From: an uncultured Alphaproteobacteria bacterium | GTDB lineage: Bacteria; Pseudomonadota; Alphaproteobacteria; HIMB59; GCA-002718135 | DNA length: 64,000 nt | Direction: 5' to 3' | NCBI GenBank assembly: GCA_902582755.1 | Contig: CACHSZ010000002.1 | Coordinates: 157,539-221,538 of the forward strand | Part shown: one piece after another, positions 50,357-59,392 of the stretch | Numbering within the stretch: the stretch's first letter is position 1 | Layout: each line of letters starts with the position of its first letter | Notes under the pieces: model-generated | Told to the model about the DNA's origin: nothing | The model's database searches: none | What the model saw: the letters and a program-made list of their open reading frames with translations, nothing else | Translations under genes and position numbers: made by a program

Positions 50357-52039
50357 ATGCGATATTTTTTATCTTTTATCTTTTTTATTTCTATTTCATT
50401 CATGTCATATCCTGGTTTGACAAATACTGGTAATTATATTGTTTATGAAACAGGCTTGGTCGTACCACCTGGAGCAGAAAATATTTCATTTAATTTTGTT
50501 GGAATTGAAATTGAAAATGAAATCGAAGAAATGATTGATCTCCGTAAAAATTTATTTAAATCAAAAATTTTTAAAACAATAACATTAAAAGATTTTTATA
50601 ATTTACTGATTGCATTAGAGCAATTGTATGTTTTAAATGGATATTTTTTAACGCGTTTTATTGTTCCACCTCAAACAATTGAACAAAATACTAAAATAAG
50701 AGCTATTGTTTTTCCTGGTAAAATTGAATCAATTGATTACTCACAATTAGATAAACGTATTTCAAAACCAATAAAGAAATATTTCGATAAACTCGTTGGT
50801 ATTAAAGGGTTAGAATATCCTGCTATTGAAAAATCGATCATTAAATCACGAGAATTACCAGGTGTTGATTTAGAAACAACAATTAAGGCAGGAGAAGAAC
50901 CTGGAACATCTTCACTACAACTAAATGCTGAACACGAATTAGTAAGTGGTTATTTTACCTATTCAAATGGATTATCAGAAACAGCAGGAAAAGATCAGTT
51001 CACTTCTTACCTAAGTTTTAATAGTCCTTTTGGTTATGGTGAAAATCTTTATGCAGCCTACGTCTTAGATCCTGAAAATGGTGTTAATGTTCCATTTGAT
51101 GAAACAGAAATTATTAAACGAACAGATTTTCGAGAAGCATATCTTGTTGGTGGTAAAGTACCACTTCTTGCCTCAGACTTTTCTATTTTTGGTGCTGTTA
51201 ATGAATCTTATTCAGAACCTAATGGTTTAAATAAAAAAGGGGAATTTAAAAAAATTAACCTTGGTCTTGAATATCAAATAAAAAATACGCGGCTTATAAA
51301 AAATAATCTTTCATTAGATTGGCAATGGATTAAGGAAAGAGAACATCGAACATTATCTTTCCTCACAAATGATACCTTTTATGATGAATACAATGCTCTT
51401 GAGTTAAAATATACGACGACTAACTTATCTTTCTTAGATACGTTTTCTCTCAAAGGTAGTTCAGCTTTAAAGTTTGGCACTCCGATCTATACTAATAAAA
51501 CATCAGATACTAAAACATTATCCCGTGTGGGCTCCACTTTAAATTTTATTAAATGGAATAGTGATATTAATTTGAATAGGCAAATATTTAGAGAGTATTT
51601 ATTGAACACACGTTTTGTTTTTCAAAAACTTGTAAGTGATAGAGGTTTAATTAATTCAGAACAAATAAATATAACAGGACCAGGTCAAATGTCTGGTTTT
51701 GAATCAGGTAATATGTCTGGTGATCAAGGCTTCTTTTTGCGAACAGAATTGAGTAGGCCCTTGTATCCTTTTTCAGAAGATGACGAAGATAAAAGGGAAG
51801 AGTCTATACGTATTGAACCATATATCCATCTCGGTGTTGGTGCTACCTACTATAAACGACCAGCCTCAGGTGAGTTCAGTCGAACAGAAGTAGCAAGTGG
51901 AGGGTACGGTGTTAAAATTAAAATTCCTCTCAATTCTAACAGCCTTGATATTAGTTTTGAAGTAGCAGAAGCTGATAAAAGTATTGAGGGGACTACTTCT
52001 AGACCTGTGTATTTACTTAATACCACATTTTCATTCTAA
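50357..52039 (+). CDS. TpsB (ShlB/FhaC/HecB) outer-membrane secretion/activation protein
   Basis: POTRA-like GY......PPQ.I..G.I; LPG......G..PG.S; N.P.G.GE; SEQ..I.G; GD.G...R.EL; C-terminal Phe. Confidence 0.85.
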   Translation: MRYFLSFIFFISISFMSYPGLTNTGNYIVYETGLVVPPGAENISFNFVGIEIENEIEEMIDLRKNLFKSKIFKTITLKDFYNLLIALEQLYVLNGYFLTRFIVPPQTIEQNTKIRAIVFPGKIESIDYSQLDKRISKPIKKYFDKLVGIKGLEYPAIEKSIIKSRELPGVDLETTIKAGEEPGTSSLQLNAEHELVSGYFTYSNGLSETAGKDQFTSYLSFNSPFGYGENLYAAYVLDPENGVNVPFDETEIIKRTDFREAYLVGGKVPLLASDFSIFGAVNESYSEPNGLNKKGEFKKINLGLEYQIKNTRLIKNNLSLDWQWIKEREHRTLSFLTNDTFYDEYNALELKYTTTNLSFLDTFSLKGSSALKFGTPIYTNKTSDTKTLSRVGSTLNFIKWNSDINLNRQIFREYLLNTRFVFQKLVSDRGLINSEQINITGPGQMSGFESGNMSGDQGFFLRTELSRPLYPFSEDDEDKREESIRIEPYIHLGVGATYYKRPASGEFSRTEVASGGYGVKIKIPLNSNSLDISFEVAEADKSIEGTTSRPVYLLNTTFSF

Positions 52040-52045
52040 AAATTT

Positions 52046-53365
52046 ATGATAAAAACATCTCACATAATGAAAATTTTTACGATAATTATCCTTAAGATCA
52101 TATTATTTTACTCAACTTTTGTGAGTGCAGAAGTTAAGATTGCTGCCCTTTATGCAGAAAGTGGCCCAGTGAGTGAAATTGCTGAGTCAATTGCAGAAGC
52201 AAAAAGAGTTGCTGTTGAAACAATTAATGCGGATGGTATTGGTATTGTAGGAAGAGGCCTCATCTCTATTGATAGCATTGATTCAGGATGTGATCCTAGA
52301 AAAACAGAAGATAGTTTAAATGACTATTTAAAAAAAAATGACCCTGAAATTCTTTTAGGACCGACGTGTTCAACAAGTGCAGTTAGAGTAATAGAGAAAG
52401 TAACTATTCCAGAAAAAATATTAACGATCTCTTCTTCTGCAAGTTACCCTTTACTCTCAACAATTGAAGATAATGATCTATTTTTTAGAACCATTCCTTC
52501 TGATATTCAGCAATCAACCTCTATTGCCAATTATCTTCTATCCAAGAATATCAGAGAAATAATTCTTCTTTACGGTGATGATAATTATAATTCTACACTG
52601 GCTCAAAATTTTTTAAAAGTTTACACTGAGCAAGAAGGTATAGTGTTATTTAATACTTTACTGACAGACAAAACAGTTATTAATCAAAACTTCATCAATA
52701 CATTTGTTGATATTGCCATAGAGAATGATCAACCAGGTTTAGTAATGTTTCTTCATGGAAATGAGAGAACTGTCAATTTGCTTGAACAGTTTACCAATAC
52801 TGTTTTAAGCAGATTACAAGAATTAGGAACCTCAGGAATTTTTAAACATCATTATGGTTCTGATAGTATGTTAACGAATGAAGTTAAAGATTTAATTTAT
52901 TCATATATTCCAATCCAATTAAACGAAAATACAACTATAGTTGCCCAAGCAACTTCACAAAGTTCAGAAGAATTTCAAACTTACGCTAATATTATGTTGA
53001 ATGCGGGTGTTGATCCTAATTCCCCGTACTCAGCTATAAGTTTTGACACTATGATGCTAGCAGCTTTGGCACTACAACATCAAGCACACAATAATATTGC
53101 AAAGGAAGATTTATCAAAAAGTTTAGTTAGTGTTGCAAATCCACCAGGAATTAAAATGGGACCTGGAAGTTGGGAAGCTGCTCGTGCTTTACTTGTTCGA
53201 GGCGTTGAAATTAATTATGAGGGTGTTTCTGGATCGCTAGATTTTGACATTAACGGCGATGTGGAGGGTATGTATTCTTTAAATCAAGTCACGGAAGATA
53301 ATCTTTGGTCAGTTGAGCGTTTAGAGAAACTTCACCCTTTTGAGCCTAGAATTATAATTGATTAA
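52046..53365 (+). CDS. Orphan HAAT/LivJ-like ABC substrate-binding protein
   Basis: SGP, DSGCD, LGPTCS, IS.SA..P.L, LFFRTIPSD, FD and INYEG.SG.LDFD.NGD motifs. Confidence 0.85.
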   Translation: MIKTSHIMKIFTIIILKIILFYSTFVSAEVKIAALYAESGPVSEIAESIAEAKRVAVETINADGIGIVGRGLISIDSIDSGCDPRKTEDSLNDYLKKNDPEILLGPTCSTSAVRVIEKVTIPEKILTISSSASYPLLSTIEDNDLFFRTIPSDIQQSTSIANYLLSKNIREIILLYGDDNYNSTLAQNFLKVYTEQEGIVLFNTLLTDKTVINQNFINTFVDIAIENDQPGLVMFLHGNERTVNLLEQFTNTVLSRLQELGTSGIFKHHYGSDSMLTNEVKDLIYSYIPIQLNENTTIVAQATSQSSEEFQTYANIMLNAGVDPNSPYSAISFDTMMLAALALQHQAHNNIAKEDLSKSLVSVANPPGIKMGPGSWEAARALLVRGVEINYEGVSGSLDFDINGDVEGMYSLNQVTEDNLWSVERLEKLHPFEPRIIID

Positions 53366-53906
53366 GAAATTAATTATAATTGTACTGATTTTTTTTTATT
53401 CTTTACCAGGTAGTGCTAATTTAGATTATGTAGAGCTATTAAAAAAAAACAATAAATTAATATTTATTCGACATGCATTAGCTCCTGGAAATGGAGATCC
53501 TGATAATTTTGATATTTTTGATTGTTCTACTCAGCGCAATCTTAATAGTGTTGGAAGAGAGCAATCTATCGAATTAGGTAAATTTTTTGATACAAACAAT
53601 ATTTCTATAGATTTAGTTTTATCTAGTGAATGGTGTCGTTGTAAAGAAACAGCAAATCTAGCATTCCAAAAATTTGAAACTTTTGATGCTCTTAATTCTT
53701 TTTATGATCCAAAATTTTATAAAAATAAAGAACCACAACTAGACAAATTAATTAATTTTATAAATAATCTAGAAAATGAAGGTAATATAGTATTTGTTAC
53801 ACACTACGTAGTAATCACTGCTATTTTTGGTCAGGCAGTTACTTCCGGTGAAATATTAATAGCTGATCGAAATCTTAATGTACTTGGAAGAATTAAAGAC
53901 TATTGA
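53358..53906 (+). CDS. Histidine phosphatase (phosphoglycerate mutase) family protein, secreted
   Basis: FIRHA, QRNL..GR.Q, SS.WCRC.ETA and VTH motifs. Confidence 0.85.
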   Translation: MIKKLIIIVLIFFYSLPGSANLDYVELLKKNNKLIFIRHALAPGNGDPDNFDIFDCSTQRNLNSVGREQSIELGKFFDTNNISIDLVLSSEWCRCKETANLAFQKFETFDALNSFYDPKFYKNKEPQLDKLINFINNLENEGNIVFVTHYVVITAIFGQAVTSGEILIADRNLNVLGRIKDY

Positions 53907-53975
53907 TTAAGAACAATATATTCTAAAAGTTTACAAGATGTATAAATAGTACATTCATGAAAAAGATATCTTTAA

Positions 53976-54341
53976 TTATTTTTTAATTTTTTCCCATTCT
54001 GCCATACCGCCAGTAATATTCTTAACGTTTTTGATACCCATATCCTGCATAGTTTTAGTGGCTAAAGTTCCTTGTCCACCGACACCACAAAATACAACAT
54101 ATTCTTTATCTGGGTTGTTTTTAAAAAATTCGTTTTCTAAAGGACTACCCTCGGCTAAATAAAATTCAAGAAAAGCCTTGTCCAAATGCATTGCATTTCC
54201 AATAGTTTCTTTTTCAAAACTCTCTTTATCTCTAACATCGATAAATTGTACATTGGGATCATTAAGCTTTTCTTTTGCTTCTTCTGCAGTTATATTTTCA
54301 ATTTCATTTTTAACACTCATTAAGTCTTCAAATTTTTTCAT
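53976..54341 (-). CDS. Rhodanese-like domain protein
   Basis: IDVR, active-site loop FCGVGGQG, GGM..W. Confidence 0.85.
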   Translation of the reverse strand: MKKFEDLMSVKNEIENITAEEAKEKLNDPNVQFIDVRDKESFEKETIGNAMHLDKAFLEFYLAEGSPLENEFFKNNPDKEYVVFCGVGGQGTLATKTMQDMGIKNVKNITGGMAEWEKIKK

Positions 54342-54427
54342 AATAGTCCTTTTATTTAATAAGCAGTTTTGTTTTGAACAATAATAAAACTAGCAGAAAA
54401 CTTAGAAGTTTAAAATGAAAATTTTTT

Positions 54428-55498
54428 TTAATTCAGTTTATCTTTACGGTAATTAGATCGTATTTCGTCAAGTAGGATTGATTTTGACTTATCTTTTACA
54501 TGCCAAAAATCCCAGCCATTACAACTTGGTAGTCCTTGTATCTTTGCTCCCATTTGATGAATAGAACCTGTTAAATCTTTTATTTTAAGTGTACCATCAA
54601 TGCTAACCGTTGCTTTAAAACGTTCTTTTTTATCTGTTAATACGGCGCCGGGTGGAATAATTCCTTGTTCGACTAATTCACCAAAAGGAACCTTCGGTAA
54701 ATCTTTTCTGCTCTTTGCAATAGTAACAACTTCTTCTTTCAATACTTTTGTATTCTTTAATCGTTCTTTTGAAAGTTTAACGTAGTCTTTATCTTTTTCT
54801 ATGCCAATAAAGTTACGTTGTAATTTCTTAGCTACAACAGCTGTTGTCCCACTTCCAGAAAAAGGATCAAGAACAAGATCACCTTTGTTTGTTGAGGCTA
54901 ATAAAATTCGGTAGAGGAGAGCTTCTGGTTTTTGTGTTGGGTGTGATCGTTGATTGTTATCTTTACGTAATCTTTCTTTCCCTGAACAAATAGGAATATA
55001 CCAGTCACTACGCATTTGTTTTCCTTCATTTAGTTCTTTGAGATTTTGATAGTTGAATGTGTATTTCGCCTCTCTTGATGTTGTACACCATAAAAGTGTT
55101 TCATGGGCATTTGTGAAACGTGTACCACGAAAGTTTGGCATAGGGTTTGTTTTATGCCAAATAATATCATTCAAGATCCATAAGCCTTCATCTTGGATTG
55201 TAGAGCCAACACGTAAAATATTATGATAACTCCCTATGACCCAAAGCGCTCCACCTTTTTTTAGAACACGTTTACATTCATTAAGCCATGCATTGGTAAA
55301 TTGATCATATTCTTTATATGTGCTAAATTTATCCCAATCTTGTGTAACAGCTTCGACCGTTGTTTGATCAGGTCTGTATAATGTATCCTTTAATTGAAGA
55401 TTATATGGTGGATCAGCAAAAATAAGATCAACCGAATGATCTTTTAATTTTTTCATTTCCTTAATGGAATCACCCAAAATAATTTGATTTTTCTTCAT
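54428..55498 (-). CDS. ccrM: Cell-cycle-regulated adenine DNA methyltransferase (GANTC)
   Basis: [46 protein letters not shown] and C-terminal CNGW.FW; downstream of rnhB. Confidence 0.95.
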   Translation of the reverse strand: MKKNQIILGDSIKEMKKLKDHSVDLIFADPPYNLQLKDTLYRPDQTTVEAVTQDWDKFSTYKEYDQFTNAWLNECKRVLKKGGALWVIGSYHNILRVGSTIQDEGLWILNDIIWHKTNPMPNFRGTRFTNAHETLLWCTTSREAKYTFNYQNLKELNEGKQMRSDWYIPICSGKERLRKDNNQRSHPTQKPEALLYRILLASTNKGDLVLDPFSGSGTTAVVAKKLQRNFIGIEKDKDYVKLSKERLKNTKVLKEEVVTIAKSRKDLPKVPFGELVEQGIIPPGAVLTDKKERFKATVSIDGTLKIKDLTGSIHQMGAKIQGLPSCNGWDFWHVKDKSKSILLDEIRSNYRKDKLN

Positions 55499-55564
55499 AA
55501 TTGATAAAAAGAATCTTTAAGCAGATATGGAATCAGGTCAATTGAGTTATCAACAGGTGGAATC
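55467..55564. promoter_or_regulatory. Cluster of four GANTC sites around the ccrM start, plus a DnaA-box-like 9-mer
   Basis: GAATC at 55467, 55511, 55530 and 55560; TTATCAACA at 55547-55555. Confidence 0.55.
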
Positions 55565-55602
55565 TTTAGGTAGGGATAACCTTAAAATTTGGCTAAAAAT
55601 AT

Positions 55603-55626
55603 AAAAAAAGGGGTCCGTAGACCCCT
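55603..55626 (-). terminator. Rho-independent terminator with a cUACGg tetraloop
   Basis: AGGGGTC-TACG-GACCCCT followed by a T-run on the minus strand. Confidence 0.85.
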
Positions 55627-55660
55627 GGAATAGTTCATCAAATGGGAGGAATGATGAAAC
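55603..55660 (-). ncRNA. Candidate trans-acting small RNA with an anti-Shine-Dalgarno loop (AbcR/MmgR-like architecture)
   Basis: Minus strand GUUUCAUCA-UUCCUCCCAUU-UGAUGAAC-UAUUCC-AGGGGUC-UACG-GACCCCU-UUUUUU; AATAAT at -12..-7. Confidence 0.65.
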
Positions 55661-55718
55661 TTAATTATTATTTAGTGTTTGTCGCATCTTTTTGAAGCAT
55701 AATAAAATAATATTTGAT

Positions 55719-55733
55719 ATGCATTCTTTGCAT
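55719..55733. promoter_or_regulatory. LysR-type T-N11-A inverted repeat upstream of the sRNA candidate
   Basis: ATGCA-TTCTT-TGCAT centred about 66 nt upstream of the inferred sRNA 5' end. Confidence 0.45.
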
Positions 55734-55750
55734 GGATAAATTTGGGTAAT

Positions 55751-56365
55751 TTATTTTTTTAATAACGATTTAATTGGTTCAAATGATTTTCGGTGAAACT
55801 GAGTTACACCGTGCTTGTGTATTGCATCAATATGTTTTTTAGTTCCATAACCTGCATTTTTTTTCCAATCATAAAATGTAAACTTACTATCAAGTATACT
55901 CATCAGTCGATCACGGTGAACTTTTGCAATAATAGATGCACTTGCAATCGATAAAGATTTTTTATCGCCGCCTATTATAGATTTTTCATTTTGATAATTT
56001 AATGAAAAGTTTCCATCAATAATAAAATGTGGATTTTCTAAATGAAATTTTTCTATCACTCTTTTCATTGATAATTTTGTTGCTTCCAAAATATTAATTG
56101 TATCTATTTCTTCGACGCTAGCGTAACCTAAGTAATATTGAAGTTTTTTTTCTTTTTGTAATTTTTTAAAAAATAAGAATAATTTTTCTCTTTGTTTTGC
56201 TGTATGTTTCTTTGAGTCAGTAATGGGTATTTCTGATTCTAAATTATCATAATTAGAAAAATAACATCCACAACTCACCACTGGGCCTGCCAACGGACCT
56301 CTACCTACTTCATCTAAACCAATTACAGGTCCATTAATTGATTTCTCTATAGAAAAATCAGTCAC
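55751..56365 (-). CDS. rnhB: Ribonuclease HII
   Basis: GLDEVGRGPLAGPV, DSKK, IDGN, ASIIAKV.RD and GYGT..H motifs. Confidence 0.96.
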   Translation of the reverse strand: MTDFSIEKSINGPVIGLDEVGRGPLAGPVVSCGCYFSNYDNLESEIPITDSKKHTAKQREKLFLFFKKLQKEKKLQYYLGYASVEEIDTINILEATKLSMKRVIEKFHLENPHFIIDGNFSLNYQNEKSIIGGDKKSLSIASASIIAKVHRDRLMSILDSKFTFYDWKKNAGYGTKKHIDAIHKHGVTQFHRKSFEPIKSLLKK

Positions 56366-56892
56366 TATTTTTCATTTAATCTTGGCATGATTTCAACAAA
56401 ATTACAGGGCTTGTGTCTAATGTCTAATTGATATTGTAAAATTTCATCCCAACCATCTTTGCATGCACCCGTAGATCCAGGTAAACAAAAAACATATGTA
56501 CTATTTATTAAGGCCGCAACTGCACGTGATTGAATTGCTGATGTACCAATTTTTTCAAAACTAACTTGGCGAAATAATTCCCCAAATCCATCGATATGTT
56601 TACTAGCAATAGCATTTACAGCTTCTGGTGTTGTATCTCTTCCTGTTAGCCCAGTCCCACCAGTTGTAATAATGCAATCAATGTCTACTTCTTTTGACAT
56701 TGTATCTAAGGTATCTTTTATTTGAGAAACATCATCTGGGATAATTGTACGTTTAATCATTGTATGACCAGCATTAGTAATACGATTTTCTAATGTATCA
56801 CCAGATGTATCATTCTCTTTAGTTCTTGAATCTGAGATGGTAATTACAGCAATATTTATAGGAACAAAATCTAGAGAAGTATCAATTGGCAT
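56365..56892 (-). CDS. moaB: Molybdenum cofactor biosynthesis protein B
   Basis: TISDSR, TTGGTGLTGRDTTPEA, LPGSTGAC and PCNF motifs. Confidence 0.93.
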   Translation of the reverse strand: MPIDTSLDFVPINIAVITISDSRTKENDTSGDTLENRITNAGHTMIKRTIIPDDVSQIKDTLDTMSKEVDIDCIITTGGTGLTGRDTTPEAVNAIASKHIDGFGELFRQVSFEKIGTSAIQSRAVAALINSTYVFCLPGSTGACKDGWDEILQYQLDIRHKPCNFVEIMPRLNEK

Positions 56893-56898
56893 AACCTA

Positions 56899-58644
56899 TT
56901 AATAAAGTGGATCATTTCCATTTGCTAGCATTTTTAGGGAACGCATTTCTTTATTATTTTTATTTTGGTAAATCCAATATTTCGTTAAGATTTTTTCTAT
57001 AAACCACCTTGTTTCTCTTGAAGGAATACTTTCCATAAAAAAGAGTGAGTCTTCCATATAATTTGTTTCATTTTTCCATTTTTGTAAATTTCCTGGACCA
57101 CCATTATAAGCTGCTGCGAGAAATATAAGATTTCTTGAAACTTGCTCTAGATCAAGAAGATACGTTAAGTATTCTTGTCCAACCTCTAAATTTATTTCGG
57201 GATTTTTAAGAATATTACTGTTGCTTCTTTTTACGTCTTTACTTGTTGTAATAAATTTTGCCGTCGAAGGTAATACTTGCATTAAACCTATAGCACCGTC
57301 TTTACTTTTTGCTTTTATGTTAAACATCGATTCTTGATGCATGAACGCGTGGAGTAATTCTTTTTCTAATTTGAAACCATCTCGTGGCTTCCAAACACTA
57401 GTCGGGTAGTAGAGGTAGGTTGGAACATCCATACCAAAATTTTCTAGCTTATTGACAATTTTTAATTGTGTATAGGCAAGATCAAAATTTTCAGCAATTT
57501 GAATAGATTCCTTTGCTATTTCTCTATTTAAAATAGAATTGATATGAACAATTTCCTTTTCTAATTCATCCGCAAAACCAACCTGGATTAGTGTCTGCAT
57601 CCTTTTTCCTGCTGGTATATTTAAAATAGTACTATTATTTTTATTAAGATCAGTATGTTCTACCCATTCAATTTTTTTATCTACCCCTAATATTTCTAAT
57701 GCAAGCATTCCATAAAAACTATTTGGATTATTTGATGCTCTTTTTAACCAAAAATTAATATCATCATAGCGACCAAGTTTTGCATATGATCTAGCTGTCC
57801 AAAAACTACCTGACGTTTGGTGCCACGCATCATCTTTTAAACTAATAGAAAAAAGAGAAAAATATTTTGCAGCATCTTCATATTTTTCTAGTCTCCAAGA
57901 ACATAGACCAGCTGTCCAAGCTGCATAAGGAACATATTTAGCAGAATTAACAAGAGCTTCAGAAGCGTATTGAATTGCTAAGTCATTTTTATTTGCTAAG
58001 AAATATCCTTTCGCTATTAATTCTTTTTGTTGATCTATCTCAACTTGATCTAATAATAGATCTACATCTCTTTGATTTAATAGTTGTACTGCTCCCGTTG
58101 GCCAACCTTTATTTACTCTTGATTTGATACCATTAATTAATTTTCTTTTTTCAGCTCTCTGATTGTTGGATAGTTTCTTTGAACTTTTATATTTATTAGT
58201 TTTTTTACTTTTTACTTGTTCTGACTCAATACCAATTGGAGCACTAGGTTTAGTTGGACTTTTATAACCGGCTGGCATTCTTCGAATAGCCAATTTATAA
58301 ATTTGTTTTGCTTGAGGGTGATCATTATATTTTTTAAGCCAATAATATAATTCCAAATACTTTGATCGATAACAATTAGGATGTAAAAATTTCTGTGCAT
58401 AAATATGACCAAGCAAAGATTTATTTTTTATTTTTAAAATAAAATTATTTGCGCTTTTCCATTTGCATTTTTCCTGAAATTTATAAGCTTGTTGATAATT
58501 ATATACATCTTCTTCACTAAGAACCTTTTTTGAGAAAATATTATCATATTTGATGACTATATCCTGTTGGTATGCATAGATTTGTTTCGAAAAAAATACT
58601 AAGAATATAAAAAAACAAATAATAGAAAATTTTTTATGATTCAT
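56899..58644 (-). CDS. Soluble lytic transglycosylase (Slt-domain protein)
   Basis: QES.F, GA.GLMQ, AAYNGGPG and ESIP..ETR motifs; start at MNHKK overlapping the udg stop (ATGA). Confidence 0.9.
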   Translation of the reverse strand: MNHKKFSIICFFIFLVFFSKQIYAYQQDIVIKYDNIFSKKVLSEEDVYNYQQAYKFQEKCKWKSANNFILKIKNKSLLGHIYAQKFLHPNCYRSKYLELYYWLKKYNDHPQAKQIYKLAIRRMPAGYKSPTKPSAPIGIESEQVKSKKTNKYKSSKKLSNNQRAEKRKLINGIKSRVNKGWPTGAVQLLNQRDVDLLLDQVEIDQQKELIAKGYFLANKNDLAIQYASEALVNSAKYVPYAAWTAGLCSWRLEKYEDAAKYFSLFSISLKDDAWHQTSGSFWTARSYAKLGRYDDINFWLKRASNNPNSFYGMLALEILGVDKKIEWVEHTDLNKNNSTILNIPAGKRMQTLIQVGFADELEKEIVHINSILNREIAKESIQIAENFDLAYTQLKIVNKLENFGMDVPTYLYYPTSVWKPRDGFKLEKELLHAFMHQESMFNIKAKSKDGAIGLMQVLPSTAKFITTSKDVKRSNSNILKNPEINLEVGQEYLTYLLDLEQVSRNLIFLAAAYNGGPGNLQKWKNETNYMEDSLFFMESIPSRETRWFIEKILTKYWIYQNKNNKEMRSLKMLANGNDPLY

Positions 58645-59345
58645 TTCTTTAATTTTTCTTGTAACATTTGTAAATCTTCCCAAGAATGTTTTTTATATTG
58701 AGGAGATCGAAGTAAAAAAGCTGGATGATAAGAGGCTATTGTAGGAATACCTTCTACTAAATTGAGTGATTTGTATTCATGCCATTTGCCCCTTAGTTTT
58801 CCAAGTGCAAGAGGGGTTGATAAAATGGCTTTTGCTGCGACACCACCTAGTAGGAAAATAAATCTAGGTTTAATGATATCAATTTGTCTTTGCAAAAACG
58901 GTAAAAATTCTAAAATTTCATCGTCATTAGGTGTTCTATTTTCGGCTGGACGCCAATTAACTACATTAGTAATATAAACGTCTTCTCTTTGTAAATTAAT
59001 GGCCAAAAGCATTTTATTTAAAAGTTGTCCAGCTCTTCCGACGAATGGAATTCCTTGTTCATCCTCATCTCTACCTGGTGCTTCACCAATTAACATTACT
59101 TTTGCATTTAAGTTACCATCATAAACTACTAAATTTTTTGCTGTTTTTTGGAGAGGAGATTTATGATTTTTAAGATCTTCAATAACACTATCAATTTTAG
59201 ATTTTTTATCCCCAGTATCCTTGTCGAAACTAGGCTGCTCTAATTTTTTCTCATTTTCAAACCAGTTTCTAGGGAAATCTTGAAGAAAATAATTTACCCC
59301 TGAATTAATAATAAATTCTAAATTTTTTTTATTTGATTGATTCAT
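58641..59345 (-). CDS. Uracil-DNA glycosylase, family 4
   Basis: GEAPG..ED..G.PFVG.AG, N.V.WRP..NR.P and YHPAFLLR motifs. Confidence 0.92.
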   Translation of the reverse strand: MNQSNKKNLEFIINSGVNYFLQDFPRNWFENEKKLEQPSFDKDTGDKKSKIDSVIEDLKNHKSPLQKTAKNLVVYDGNLNAKVMLIGEAPGRDEDEQGIPFVGRAGQLLNKMLLAINLQREDVYITNVVNWRPAENRTPNDDEILEFLPFLQRQIDIIKPRFIFLLGGVAAKAILSTPLALGKLRGKWHEYKSLNLVEGIPTIASYHPAFLLRSPQYKKHSWEDLQMLQEKLKK

Positions 59346-59392
59346 GTAAAATTACAATTATCTATTCATAGTGTAACTATACTATATTTGAA

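Noticed and set aside
45116-52039. Contact-dependent inhibition (CdiAB) system
   Set aside because: No VENN/pre-toxin motif, no toxin-like C-terminus and no small immunity gene
54428-55498. Restriction-modification system
   Set aside because: The methyltransferase has CcrM-specific motifs and synteny, and there is no adjacent endonuclease
55499-55750. Replication origin or tRNA in the ccrM-rnhB gap
   Set aside because: Only one near-consensus DnaA box and no cloverleaf; the structure is better explained by an sRNA plus terminator
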